A stretch of 64,000 bases of DNA from Candidatus Bathyarchaeota archaeon (GCA_963707955.1 OY970176.1:1-64000), one strand, 5' to 3'. Counted from the first letter of the stretch, positions 19,491 through 29,557 are shown. Notes: generated by a model not told the origin, from the sequence alone. A program made the numbers and translations.

Positions 19491-20580
19491 TCAGTTGCCC
19501 TGTGCGATTACCGTGTACGTGTCTCCATCGTTGGGCCCGTTAACGAAGCCGTTTCCGTTTGTGTCAAACCATTTGACTATTATCCAGCTTTCGCTCTGCG
19601 ATGCCAAATTCGGGTATATGACCGCGTCAAAGTATTTGCCCGCGGCGTAGGTTCCTTCCCAGACCGAACCCGTAGCACAGCATAATGTATCTGCCGTCTC
19701 CATCTCTGAATGTTTCGATGACAAACATGTCTTGATTCGTGCTGGCGACTCCGCCCTGCATGCTCGCACCTGGAATAGCTGAGCCATTCGAGTATTGAAA
19801 CGAGAGAAGACCATTATCGTTATGGAATTGGATGGGTGCCCTATCGGACGCGGTGGTACTGTTACTCTCCGAGTAAATCACGACTAGGTTTACCATGGGA
19901 CCGCCGAAACTCACTATGCCCGTCTCGGAGGCGCCCACTGGTTTTCCGTTGGTTTGGTTCACAAAACTACTGTTCGTGTCGAGTCCCTCCGTAAAGTTCG
20001 TGAGTTCTGAGGAAACGTACGCTGACGCTAGCCAATCGCTCACCATTGCCGGGTGGCAGCCAAGCGGCTTACCAGTGCTGTTCGAAGGATAAATCACCCT
20101 CACGCTTGTGTTGTTGGAGAAAAGATCAGCAAAATCACCCAGCCTCACGAATATCTCGCCGAAACCGATGTCGAAGCTGAAGCTTGAAACTCCGGACGCG
20201 TTGGGAAAAATCGTCAACGTCGGATCAACCTTCGCAACTTGGCCGGGCCTGATCTGCGGCTCCTCGCAGCTGAAACTAGCAACGTCAGACGTGTTGCCAG
20301 CAACCCAGTTCATCATGTCCACGGTCAAGAAAACCGACTCGTTCCCAAAGTTTCTAACGTACATCGTTAAGGTCTTCACACCTCCAACCGTCAGGTTACC
20401 CCAATCAATTGAATTAACAGGTGTGCTGCAATTCGCGTCCCAATAGATGCCTATGGGTACGCTTGTTATGACGCCTGACACTCTGAAAGGCGACTGAGAA
20501 TCAAAGAGCACTCTAGCCATCGAGAACGCTAAGACTATGACTATGGCAAAAACCAAAGCCCTTTTAATGTTCAGCAACAT
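19491..20580 (-). pseudogene. Secreted WGxLxPG-family protein with extra C-terminal domain, +1 frameshift near 19661
   Basis: GIYWDANCSTPVNSIDWGNLTVG; removing one base joins CYGFG to WEGTYAAGKYF...TYTVIAQGN; could be a sequencing error. Confidence 0.7.
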
Positions 20581-20789
20581 GGGCACCGTGGACGAAACGC
20601 CGATGAAACCATATATCAACATAACTTCCATAAATCATTTGTTGCCCTATCTTAAGACACAAGTCAGAAAAGCCTAAAAAACTATGAAGCTGAAAGATAT
20701 GGCACCTGAGCGCGCGCTGGAGCACACGCACATCAAGAACATCAAGAAGACATATAACCCCCGCACTGAACCAGTAGATCGGTGATCAA

Positions 20790-21023
20790 GTGATGGACCA
20801 GTGGAGAAGCAGAATAACACTGAACCCAAACGTACTGGCTGGAAAACCAATAATAAAAGGCACCAGGATATCCGTTGAATTCATCTTGGACCTTCTCGCC
20901 AACGGCTGGACAGCTAAAACAATACTGGAGAATTACCCGCAGCTCAAGAAAGAAGACATAACTGCAGTCTTAAAGTACGCCACCGAAATTTTGAAAGAAG
21001 AGAAGGTTTACCCACTTCCTTGA
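20790..21023 (+). CDS. DUF433 family antitoxin-like protein
   Basis: ITLNPNVLAGKPIIKGTRISVEFIL...YPQLKKEDI. Confidence 0.92.
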   Translation: MMDQWRSRITLNPNVLAGKPIIKGTRISVEFILDLLANGWTAKTILENYPQLKKEDITAVLKYATEILKEEKVYPLP

Positions 21024-21373
21024 CGAAATTCTTAGCCGACGAAAACATACCCATTAGAGCCGTGGAAACCCTAAAGCAGAAAAACATCGACATAATCCCA
21101 GTTCTGGACATCTCACACGGCCTAAGCGACCGAGAGGTACTTGACCTAGCAAACAGACAGGGCAGAATAATCATAACGTTTGACGCAGACTTCGGCAAAC
21201 TCGTATTCAAAGAAAAACGCAAAACGAAAGGCATAGTTCTTCTACGCTTCATCCCCAAATCCCCTCAACAAACAGCAAAAAGAATCGAACAAATAACAAC
21301 ATCTGGAATTCCATTAGAGAACTCCTTCCTCACGGTCAGAGAGGACAGCGTTCGAGTCATCCCAACGAAATAA
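21020..21373 (+). CDS. DUF5615 PIN-like toxin
   Basis: FLADENI, GLSDREVL, IITFDADFG; overlaps the DUF433 stop. Confidence 0.9.
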   Translation: MTKFLADENIPIRAVETLKQKNIDIIPVLDISHGLSDREVLDLANRQGRIIITFDADFGKLVFKEKRKTKGIVLLRFIPKSPQQTAKRIEQITTSGIPLENSFLTVREDSVRVIPTK

Positions 21374-21459
21374 AACCCACAGCGCGCGCGCTCCTCACCT
21401 ATGCATGCATGTCTTCGAGATAATGGTAAACCTTATATTCTTACAACTTGTAGTATAAA

Positions 21460-21702
21460 ATGGTAGTAACAGTGGGTAAGTACGAAACCGTTTCAGTAAA
21501 AGTCCCCCAAACAACGAAGGAGAAGATGAAGCAGCTGGGCATCAAACCCTCCGAGCTTTTACGGAGGGCCATAGAAGAAGAAATAAAAAGAAAACAAGTT
21601 CAAAACATCAAACAGGAAATACGAAGCATAAAAGCGACCCTTGACAAAATCCCCATGGAAACCATAATACAAAGCATCAGAGAGGACAGAGAACACAGAT
21701 GA
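21460..21702 (+). CDS. vapB: VapB-like (RHH) antitoxin
   Basis: TVSVKVP..KEKM..LGI..SELLRRAIEEE; ends IREDRE; overlaps vapC. Confidence 0.8.
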   Translation: MVVTVGKYETVSVKVPQTTKEKMKQLGIKPSELLRRAIEEEIKRKQVQNIKQEIRSIKATLDKIPMETIIQSIREDREHR

Positions 21703-22094
21703 GCTACATCTTCGATTCCTCAACAATATTCAAGGCAATAAAAGAAAACGCCGTCGAAATCCTAGCTAATAACTCAACACTAGACCTAACAAGATACGAG
21801 TTGGGAAACATCCTATGGAAAGAACACACGCTTCACAAGCGGATAAACCGCGAAGAACTGGAAAAACTCGTCAAACTCATAAAAAACGTGCTCAACCTAA
21901 TGGAAACCCTAACCATAAACTGCCACGAACAAGAAACACTAAACATAGCACACGACCTAAAAATAACCTTCTACGACGCATCGTACATATACCACGCCAA
22001 AAACAAGAAAACACCCCTAATCACCGAAGACAACGAATTAACGGAAAAAGCAAAACCACACATAAAAACACTGAAACTTCACAGCTTAACCTAA
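21699..22094 (+). CDS. vapC: VapC PIN-domain toxin
   Basis: IFDSS, YELGN, ITFYDASY, LITED. Confidence 0.9.
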   Translation: MSYIFDSSTIFKAIKENAVEILANNSTLDLTRYELGNILWKEHTLHKRINREELEKLVKLIKNVLNLMETLTINCHEQETLNIAHDLKITFYDASYIYHAKNKKTPLITEDNELTEKAKPHIKTLKLHSLT

Positions 22095-22200
22095 TCTCTC
22101 CCCAAAAATTCCTTTAAATTTTCCGCGCGCCCCACCAAACTGATCGACCGAGTCCTTAAACTCGCCAAGGTTAATGGTACACAAATTTTCTGGCCGGGTT

Positions 22201-22356
22201 CTACACGTTTCTTTTTATCGGGCCCACGTCAAAATCTTTGTCGTTTGACAATATTTCTTGTACGCCTCTTCTCATCGCTACCGCCAAATGTACAGCGTCC
22301 CCATAGTCAAGGGTGTATTCTTTCATCAGGTCCACTGCTCAAGTAAAGTCTTGAAA
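22201..22356 (-). pseudogene. C-terminal remnant of a VapC PIN toxin
   Basis: Hand translation FQDFT*AVDLMKEYTLDYGDAVHLAVAMRRGVQEILSNDKDFDVGPIKRNV*. Confidence 0.8.
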
Positions 22357-22451
22357 CAAACAGGCAGAAAAACGGTGCGTGCTGCAAAACATAAAAAGAT
22401 AAAAAGAGGATTATTGTCATTCCCAGAAAATAAGTGAGAGACAGACACAAA

Positions 22452-22739
22452 ATGGAAAAAGCGTTTGAGATGGGCAAGACCTCGGCTACTGGAAGCTTCC
22501 AGCTGCTCATATGCGTAGCCGTGTCTACCATAATCTTGGCCGTCGGATCCATAATTTTGGGCAGGTTTCTGACGACCGCCGAGTACGGGCTTTACGGAAT
22601 CGTGCTCGTCCCCGCAACGCTGATCAACCTGTTCAGGGACTGGGGCATAAACAGCGCCATGACAAAGTACATCGCAACCCTCAGAGCCTCAAACAAGGAA
22701 CAAGAAATACACGATTACATCGTCATCGGCGCGCGCTAA
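22452..22739 (+). pseudogene. Truncated 5' copy of the flippase gene 24483..26114
   Basis: About 280 bp near-identical to 24493-24770; identity stops at GGC followed by GCGCGC at 22729-22736. Confidence 0.92.
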
Positions 22740-22837
22740 TCTACGACTTCATCCAAAAACTACAGAAAAACCCAAACGAACTCGAAATACTTGGCGACGG
22801 AACCCAAAACAAATCCTATCTCCACATAAACGACTGA
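22736..22837 (+). pseudogene. Internal fragment of an NAD-dependent sugar epimerase/dehydratase
   Basis: IYDFIQKLQKNPNELEILGDGTQNKSYLHIND fits the GxGxQ..SY..D segment of archaeal UDP-glucose 4-epimerase-like SDRs; bounded by (CG)n on both sides. Confidence 0.75.
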
Positions 22838-22859
22838 GGCAAAAGATGCGCGCGCGATA

Positions 22860-23114
22860 TTATTGGTAAATCGTTTTTCTTGGGCCTATGGCTATAATGT
22901 AGATGGTCTTGTCTTTCTCTGAAATGGTGTAGATTATTCTGAGTTTCCCAACTCGTAGGCTGTAGTTTTCTTTCAAGTCTCCGTGAAGTCGTTTTCCTGC
23001 GTAGGATTGAATCTCTAAACCGATTAAACTTTCTCGAACTTGGGTTTTGACCTTTTCCTGTAGCTTTTTATAGAATTTCTCGGCTTGTCTTGATAAGAGA
23101 ATCGTGTATTTCAA
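22860..23114 (-). CDS. relE: RelE/ParE family toxin
   Basis: AEKFYKKL, GKRLHGDL, YSLRVGKLRIIY, IGPRKTIY. Confidence 0.9.
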   Translation of the reverse strand: MKYTILLSRQAEKFYKKLQEKVKTQVRESLIGLEIQSYAGKRLHGDLKENYSLRVGKLRIIYTISEKDKTIYIIAIGPRKTIYQ

Positions 23115-23329
23115 TGGGCTTCTTCCTTTAGAAGACTGTGCAGTTCCTTGACTCTTCCAGTCTTGATGTCTTCGAGGCCTTTGCGGATGTCTTTCATCAT
23201 GTCTGGATCGCTTAAAATCTCAATGGTCTCCAAGAGCTCGCCCATTAGCTTTGTGGCTTCGTCAAGCTTCTGCTTGGTTTCGGAGAGGAGCTTTCGGTCT
23301 TCCTCATCTAAATATGCAACCTTCGCCAT
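23111..23329 (-). CDS. RelE-associated antitoxin
   Basis: LLETIEILSDPDMMKDIRKGLEDIKTGRV; overlaps the toxin start. Confidence 0.85.
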   Translation of the reverse strand: MAKVAYLDEEDRKLLSETKQKLDEATKLMGELLETIEILSDPDMMKDIRKGLEDIKTGRVKELHSLLKEEAH

Positions 23330-23543
23330 TAAAATCACTCAAGCATTACAGATGTGGATCCGACTAATAAATTTGAAAGCGGAAACGCATGGTAGCCTCA
23401 ACAAGTGCTTCGAGTGTTCTCTCTTCATGATAGTTCTAGTCAAATCGCTTTCTGACTGCTTAAAAGCTAAATCACAGATGAATTTAGCGCGAGCCACAAA
23501 TGTTTATAGACTTCCCACACCGTTCTAAAAACAGGTGAATTGA

Positions 23544-23786
23544 TTGTCTGAAGACGTCGCGATAGCTCTTACAGACTTCAACAAAGATTTACAGTGGTTC
23601 CTCCAAAGCCGAGAAAAGCTTCTGCCAAAATACCAGAACAAGTGGGTGGCAATCTCCAACAACAAAATTCTAGATTCAGACCAAAATTTAACAGCACTTT
23701 TAAAAAGGTTGAAAGCCAAGGGACTTCAACCGGAACAAACACTCATACAATTCCTCTCCAAGGAACCCATAGAGGCAATATTGTGA
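23544..23786 (+). CDS. DUF5678-like small protein
   Basis: LLPKYQNKWVAISNNKILDSD motif. Confidence 0.7.
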   Translation: MSEDVAIALTDFNKDLQWFLQSREKLLPKYQNKWVAISNNKILDSDQNLTALLKRLKAKGLQPEQTLIQFLSKEPIEAIL

Positions 23787-24208
23787 GGATACCTAGCTAC
23801 ATAAACTATGGTTACCGGCCTCCAACCCCATTCGTCGCCGCAGCAATCAACCTCCGCCAATTAAATATAAGAGCAAGAACCCCTCTCCTAGTAGATACTG
23901 GCGCATCAAACACCATGATCCTCTGGGGAGACGTTGAGCGCCTCGGAACAGACATTTCTAAGATGAAACCTGAAAGGATGTTTTCAGGGCTTGGAGGATT
24001 AATAGGAGCTAAACCAACAGCGAGCACAATAAGCCTCAGGTCCGACAAAGGAGAACCTATCGAAGAGAACGTTGAAGTCCACATCGTTACAAGCAGTTGC
24101 CCGCATCCAAAGCTAAAACTTCTCCCAAGCATACTGGGGCGCGACATCATCAACAAGTACACATTAAACTACAGCTACGATGCTGGAAAAGTAATCCTAA
24201 AAAAATAA
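23783..24208 (+). CDS. Retropepsin-like (clan AA) aspartyl protease
   Basis: LVDTGASNT catalytic motif, GLGG flap, SILGRD; GTG start overlaps the upstream stop. Confidence 0.85.
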   Translation: MRIPSYINYGYRPPTPFVAAAINLRQLNIRARTPLLVDTGASNTMILWGDVERLGTDISKMKPERMFSGLGGLIGAKPTASTISLRSDKGEPIEENVEVHIVTSSCPHPKLKLLPSILGRDIINKYTLNYSYDAGKVILKK

Positions 24209-24482
24209 GTCACCCGATAGGCATGCTCCCACAATTAATTCTCATCCTTGCCGTAAAACTTAGCAAATTCTATTGAGCAACCTATAATCTTAAATGGTTT
24301 AACAACAACCTAGCGCGCGCTAGCGCTGAAAAAAACGACCGGGTACCCGAACTTTCAGGCACACGAGCCCTCAAAGTTCCTCTACCACGCGTCCTGCACA
24401 CAGATAAACTTCACCCGCAAACAACTAGACCACGAAACCGTTAAACAGATTCCGACCCCCATTTGAACAGGCTTAGAGAGGA

Positions 24483-26114
24483 TTGAAAGCCGTGGAAAAA
24501 GCGTTTGAGATGGGCAAGACCTCGGCTACTGGAAGCTTCCAGCTGCTCATAGGCGTAGCCGTGTCTACCATAATCTTGGCCGTCGGATCCATAATTTTGG
24601 GCAGGCTTCTGACGACCGCCGAGTATGGGCTTTACGGAATCGTAGTCGTCCCCGCAACGCTGATCAACCTCTTCAGGGACTGGGGCATAAACAGCGCCAT
24701 GACAAAGTACATCGCAGGCCTCAGAGCCTCAAACAGGGAACAAGAAATACACGATTACATCGTCACCGGCATAATCTTCGAAGTCGCAAGCGGCATCGCA
24801 CTTTCATTCCTGTCCCTGCTCTTGGCAAGCTTCATCGCCTCAGCAATCTTCAACAAACCAGAATCCGCATCCTACATAGCCATCGTCTCAGCCTCGATAA
24901 TCTCAGGCTCGCTACTCGCAGCGGTCCAAGCAGGCTTCATAGGCTACGAAAGAATGGAGCTCAACAGCTTCACACTCATCTGCCAAGCCATCGTGAGAAC
25001 CGCCATAGGCCCCGGACTCGTCCTGCTCGGATACGGCGTCCTGGGCGCAACCGTCGGCTTCACCACCGGCGCTGCAGCTGGTGGAGTCATCGGCTTAGCA
25101 GTCTTTTACCTGGCCCTGCTCAGACCCCTCACAAAAAAGCTAGCAAAGGATCCAAGCACACGCCCTAGGATGAGTGCCTCTAAAACTCTGAGAACAATGT
25201 TAAACTACGGAGTGCCACTTTCAATAGGCGGCATCCTGACGGGCATCCTAGGGCAAGTTTACGCTTTCATGATAATCCCTCTAACCAGCGAAACGATGTA
25301 CGGCAATTATCTCGTGGCAGGCAACTTCTCCGTCCTTCTAACCTTCTTCACCATCCCTATATCGACAGTGCTGTTCCCAGCGTTTGCAAAGCTGGACCCC
25401 CAGAACGAGCTTGAGTTCCTAAAAAACGTCTTCGCATCCTCAATCAAGTACACTTCCATACTGGTAGTGCCAGCAACGATGGTCCTAATGGCCCTATCAG
25501 GCCCGATAGTCGGCACATTGTACGGAGCAAAATACGTTTCCGCACCCTTCTTCCTAACCATATACGTCATAGGTAGCCTGTTCGCCGTCCTCGGAAGCCT
25601 AAGCTCAGGCGGTTTCCTATACGGCTTGGGAGAAACGAGAATAGTCATGATACAGAGTATAGTAACAGTGGCCATCGGCCTTCCCCTAGGCATCGTCCTT
25701 ATCCCAACGTTCGGAATAACAGGCCTCATCGTCGCAAGCGTCGTCGCAGGACTACCAAGCATGTTCTGGGGCCTCTACTGGGTATGGAAACACTACAAGG
25801 CCAAAGCGGACTTCGCATCATCAGCAAAGATCTTTGCATCATCAGCGATTGCTGCCGTCCTTGCATACTTGCCCATGGTCTTCCTCAACACGGCCAACTG
25901 GATAAAACTCATAATCGGCCTAATCATCTTCCTAGCCGCCTACATCTTCGGCGCACCCATGATCGGCGCAGTAAGCCTGACAGACATAAACAACCTCAGA
26001 ACCATGTTCTCCAGCATGAGCAGTATATCAAAGATAATAGACATCCCATTAAAAGCCGCAGAAAAAGCCGCACGGACCAAATCGGCAAACAGAAAAACAG
26101 GCGAGAAGCCTTAA
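24483..26114 (+). CDS. Oligosaccharide flippase (Wzx/MATE-like)
   Basis: Many TM helices, RLL...EYGLY, D.GI..A.TKY, LFPAFAKL. Confidence 0.88.
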   Translation: MKAVEKAFEMGKTSATGSFQLLIGVAVSTIILAVGSIILGRLLTTAEYGLYGIVVVPATLINLFRDWGINSAMTKYIAGLRASNREQEIHDYIVTGIIFEVASGIALSFLSLLLASFIASAIFNKPESASYIAIVSASIISGSLLAAVQAGFIGYERMELNSFTLICQAIVRTAIGPGLVLLGYGVLGATVGFTTGAAAGGVIGLAVFYLALLRPLTKKLAKDPSTRPRMSASKTLRTMLNYGVPLSIGGILTGILGQVYAFMIIPLTSETMYGNYLVAGNFSVLLTFFTIPISTVLFPAFAKLDPQNELEFLKNVFASSIKYTSILVVPATMVLMALSGPIVGTLYGAKYVSAPFFLTIYVIGSLFAVLGSLSSGGFLYGLGETRIVMIQSIVTVAIGLPLGIVLIPTFGITGLIVASVVAGLPSMFWGLYWVWKHYKAKADFASSAKIFASSAIAAVLAYLPMVFLNTANWIKLIIGLIIFLAAYIFGAPMIGAVSLTDINNLRTMFSSMSSISKIIDIPLKAAEKAARTKSANRKTGEKP

Positions 26115-26144
26115 TACCATCGCACTGCACAGCTTAAACATTCA

Positions 26145-26780
26145 TTGTCCAACAAGTTGATAATGTTGACCCACCAAGAACAAGGCAGTTTTCACTCGGC
26201 TTCAGACTTTCTGCGCCGCCTCAGGAGAACCATCCTCCTCAGGCTACACTCAGCCTCAGACTCTCTGCGCCGCTCAAAGAAGACGATCTTGCTCATAATC
26301 ATCGTAGCCGCCGCGACGCTCATCATCAGCGGAACCATCTCCATAATTCTGGACGGCCGTAACAGCATAAGCCTACCCAGCATCGGCTACATCCACACGG
26401 TAGGCGTAAAAACCTACTGGGACCCAACCCTGCAGAACCAAACAGCACAGATCGCCTGGGGCACAATCTACCCAGGCTCATCCAATAACGTCACACTGTA
26501 CTTGCAGAGCAGCAGCAACGTCCCAGCGACACTAAGCCTCGCAACGACAAACTGGACGTACTCAAACGCAAACAACACCGTCGCCGCGGGGCCATCGGAC
26601 ACCACGCCGTACATGAACGTGACCTGGAACTACCAGAACCAGACACTGAACCCAGGTCAAACCTTCCAGACAACACTCACATTAACAACAGACAACTCTG
26701 CAAGCTTCCTTACGTTTCTAGTAAACAACAACATAACGCAGTTTAACATGGACATAACAATTCAAGCAAACGAAATATAA
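26145..26780 (+). CDS. Secreted WGxLxPG-family protein
   Basis: TM segment then SISLPSIGYIHTVGVKTYWD...IAWGTIYPGS...LYLQSSSNVP; 54-bp tandem duplication at the N-terminus. Confidence 0.75.
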   Translation: MSNKLIMLTHQEQGSFHSASDFLRRLRRTILLRLHSASDSLRRSKKTILLIIIVAAATLIISGTISIILDGRNSISLPSIGYIHTVGVKTYWDPTLQNQTAQIAWGTIYPGSSNNVTLYLQSSSNVPATLSLATTNWTYSNANNTVAAGPSDTTPYMNVTWNYQNQTLNPGQTFQTTLTLTTDNSASFLTFLVNNNITQFNMDITIQANEI

Positions 26781-26845
26781 CATCATAAACCAAGCGCCCG
26801 CCTTAAGAACGCCTTAAATCAGCCTGCTCACGTGAGTAGTCCATT

Positions 26846-27091
26846 ATGAACAAAGACCTTGACACGCGCGCAGTTCTCAAAGTAGTCGGTGAAGCCCTCT
26901 TCCTGTACGGGCTACTAGGCTGGACCTACGGAGTGCTAATACAGATAACACATCCTGACTTCCTGTACACAAGTCTGTCTCATCTCATACCTTGGATTAG
27001 AGTAGACACGTTCTCAGTGTTGTCTTTCATCTTAAGCATCATCGGATTCTTCATCTGGAGACTAACCCGAGAAACAGGCAGGCACCAGTGA
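26846..27091 (+). CDS. Small two-TM membrane protein
   Basis: Two hydrophobic helices, ATG start. Confidence 0.7.
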   Translation: MNKDLDTRAVLKVVGEALFLYGLLGWTYGVLIQITHPDFLYTSLSHLIPWIRVDTFSVLSFILSIIGFFIWRLTRETGRHQ

Positions 27092-27294
27092 AACCAGCGC
27101 GCTAGCGTGTTCCTAAATTCTTTCGGGAAGCAGCTTGCGTTGCTCATTTTGCTCTTCAACCATATTTGGACCATATTTGGACCATATAGGATACCCGGGG
27201 GGGAGGGTGTGAGAGCGAGAGAGCACCCAGCCGAACCTTGACGGTGACCATCGAAAAACGTCAAGCCTTCCTCTTGAACGCAATCTAGGAATTC

Positions 27295-27428
27295 AGGAAC
27301 AAGCATGCGTGCAAGAAACGGCTTCGACGTTCAAATACACCCTTCCAAAGTCTAGGAACTACACAAAAGGCCCAGAAAACGAGGCTTTCAGGTGCGCCAG
27401 ACCGGAAGGATCAGCGAAAGCTGAAAAC
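27295..27428 (+). repeat. Intergenic direct repeat, copy 1 (copy 2 is split: 30565-30582 plus 30817-30943)
   Basis: AAGAAACGGCTTCGACGTTCAAATACACC...GCTTTCAGGTGCGCCAGACCGGAAGG..CAGCGAAAGCTGAAAAC present twice. Confidence 0.93.
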
Positions 27429-27506
27429 GAGCAACTTCAGCGAGGGCGGATAACCAATATTTCTTTAAGCGTTCGTAAGGACATAATACGGTGAAGAGGG
27501 CTTACC

Positions 27507-27896
27507 GTGAGTAGAAAAGAAGAGGCGGAGCACTTACTCAAGAGATCAAAGGAATTTCTAGAAACCGCTGAATATCAGATAAGCAGAGGCCTTTACGGTA
27601 TAGCGGTCTTCAGCCTCGAGCAAGCATTGCAGCTATTCCTCAAGTCGAAGATGTTGATAGCAGGCGTCGACTACCCAAGAACACACGGGGTGAGAACACT
27701 CCTCGAAATACTCTCCGACGTGGAGTCTGATGAGAAAAAAAGAGGGATAAAACACATGTTGAACGATTACCTCCTTGAACTGGGCATGCTGGAAGATGCC
27801 TATATAACATCTCGGTACGTTATGAGAGAGTTCACAAGCGAAGAAGCTCAGAGATTAGCAAAAACCGTTAAGGAAGTGATGAACAACGTCAAATGA
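27507..27896 (+). CDS. HEPN domain protein (HEPN-MNT pair)
   Basis: EQALQLFLK, YPRTH, YITSRY. Confidence 0.9.
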   Translation: MSRKEEAEHLLKRSKEFLETAEYQISRGLYGIAVFSLEQALQLFLKSKMLIAGVDYPRTHGVRTLLEILSDVESDEKKRGIKHMLNDYLLELGMLEDAYITSRYVMREFTSEEAQRLAKTVKEVMNNVK

Positions 27897-27903
27897 AACC
27901 ATA

Positions 27904-28203
27904 GTGAAGACGGCTCTCAAGAGAAGAGAAGCCTTCAGAAACCTGGAAAAAAATCTGCAAACCATCCGAGAGACCGTCAGAAAGCTGGATCCCCAGGTTG
28001 AAGTGTACCTGTTCGGTTCAACAGCAGAGAAAAGGCACACCTATTCGAGCGACATAGACGTTCTCATAATCACTAAAAAAGAGCCGGCTAGAGTGCAATA
28101 TGAACTGTGGAAAGCCGGAATCAAGGATCCATTCGAAATTCACGTACAACCACCCGAGAAACTACACCTCTACAAAAGAAAAACCAAACTCGTCAAAGCA
28201 TAG
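27904..28203 (+). CDS. Minimal nucleotidyltransferase (MNT) antitoxin
   Basis: VYLFGS...SDIDVL, PFEIH. Confidence 0.9.
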   Translation: MKTALKRREAFRNLEKNLQTIRETVRKLDPQVEVYLFGSTAEKRHTYSSDIDVLIITKKEPARVQYELWKAGIKDPFEIHVQPPEKLHLYKRKTKLVKA

Positions 28204-28329
28204 GCTTCCACCCGCTCAACAAAAACCTTTTCGAAGCCCCTAAAATTCTTCTCTTGCCAAACCTACCTCTGACGCGATCTCCATCAATAATACTATCTGC
28301 AACGTATGTCTGACAATTGCACGCGCGCT

Positions 28330-28740
28330 TTATGGCTCCTTCTTCGGTTCGGTCTTTGCCGGTTCGGTCTTTGCCGGTTCGGTCTTTGCCGGTTCTTTCT
28401 CTTCGACTGTCTTCAAAGCCCCTTTTAATTCGACTTTAATCTCCCTCAGCAGGTTGACGCCTAAGGATCCAATTTTTCCACCGCCCCACATGACGAAAGC
28501 CATCAGTACAAACCAAACAAGCAAACCAGTAGCCCTGTTCATGTCTTTGCCTGAAACCACCAGCGTACCGTTTACGGAAATGTCTGAGAAATTGAACAGT
28601 TTCGGAGGGCCGTTGCTGCCCGTGAAAACAAGTATCATCTCAAAGACCGCGAAGAAAATCACAGCGACGCCTACGGCCAACAAAACGTATCCCACAATCC
28701 TTCCGTTTTTCCAGTTCAACTTCAAACGTTTCAGCCTCAC
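28330..28740 (-). CDS. Two-TM membrane protein with C-terminal (EPAKT)x3 repeat
   Basis: Hydrophobic helices; 15-bp tandem GGTTCGGTCTTTGCC at about 28346-28395. Confidence 0.75.
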   Translation of the reverse strand: MRLKRLKLNWKNGRIVGYVLLAVGVAVIFFAVFEMILVFTGSNGPPKLFNFSDISVNGTLVVSGKDMNRATGLLVWFVLMAFVMWGGGKIGSLGVNLLREIKVELKGALKTVEEKEPAKTEPAKTEPAKTEPKKEP

Positions 28741-28854
28741 AAACCACTACCAAATTACTTACTATAAAAGCTTGCATGTAAAAGCATTAACAAGCGCGCG
28801 CGTGGTAAGAAAGTATAAATAAAAGTAATACAAGCTTACTAACTGGTAACCGAA

Positions 28855-29106
28855 TTGCCCACGAAGAACGTTGGCCCAAAAGGGCAGGTTGTGATTCCTA
28901 AACGCATAAGAGATGCCTTGGGTCTAAAGCCAGGCGTCGACGTCACGATTGAAGTCAGAGGAGAAGAAATAGTGATAAGCAAACCAAAAATTGAAGGCAG
29001 TTACACCGAGTACTACACTTCCACATACTCTCCAAAACTGAAAGAATCCGTAGACGTCAAAAAAATAATAACCGAGGAAGTAGCCCAGAGACATGCCCTA
29101 CATTGA
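28855..29106 (+). CDS. AbrB/MazE-type antitoxin
   Basis: VGPKGQVVIPKRIRDALGLKPG. Confidence 0.92.
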   Translation: MPTKNVGPKGQVVIPKRIRDALGLKPGVDVTIEVRGEEIVISKPKIEGSYTEYYTSTYSPKLKESVDVKKIITEEVAQRHALH

Positions 29107-29503
29107 TTCGAACGTCTTCATATACGCCGCCATATACCAAACAGAATCGCAACAAAAAGCAAAAAAAGCCAAAGAAACACTCCTAAAGATAGAAAACGGA
29201 GAGATACCAGCATACACGTCAACGCTGACATGGGACGAAGTCGTATGGGTCGTCAGCAAGCTATTAAACAGAAATGACGGAATAAACCAAGGCAAAAAAC
29301 TACTCGGCTTCCCAAACCTAGAATTCATAGACGTAGACGAAGGGATACTCACCTTGGCTCAAAACCTATTAAACAAATACAAGCTCAGCCCGCGCGATTC
29401 CATACACGCAACCTCGGCAGTCATCAGAAAGATAAAAACAGTTATCAGCGACGACAAAGACTTTGACCAAGTCAAAGAAATAACCAGGACTCCACTAGTA
29501 TAA
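29093..29503 (+). CDS. vapC: VapC PIN-domain toxin
   Basis: YIDSNVFI, TWDEV, PRDSIHA, ISDDKDFD. Confidence 0.92.
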   Translation: MPYIDSNVFIYAAIYQTESQQKAKKAKETLLKIENGEIPAYTSTLTWDEVVWVVSKLLNRNDGINQGKKLLGFPNLEFIDVDEGILTLAQNLLNKYKLSPRDSIHATSAVIRKIKTVISDDKDFDQVKEITRTPLV

Positions 29504-29557
29504 CCCACGCGCGTGGACGTTTAAAGACTTGGAAACGGGATAGGAATAATCAGACGC

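Noticed and set aside
18557-19533. Diversity-generating retroelement TR/VR pairs for the duplicated 3' ends
   Set aside because: Mismatches are not confined to adenines and no reverse transcriptase is present
22511-22837. 108-aa ORF as a real gene
   Set aside because: Chimeric frame crossing the flippase remnant, the tract and the epimerase fragment
29391-29396. CGCGCG inside vapC, and similar 6-7 mers at 8552, 14121, 40669, 42205, 47592, 49000, 56354
   Set aside because: Short, inside ordinary Arg/Ala codons (several in conserved motifs); consistent with chance
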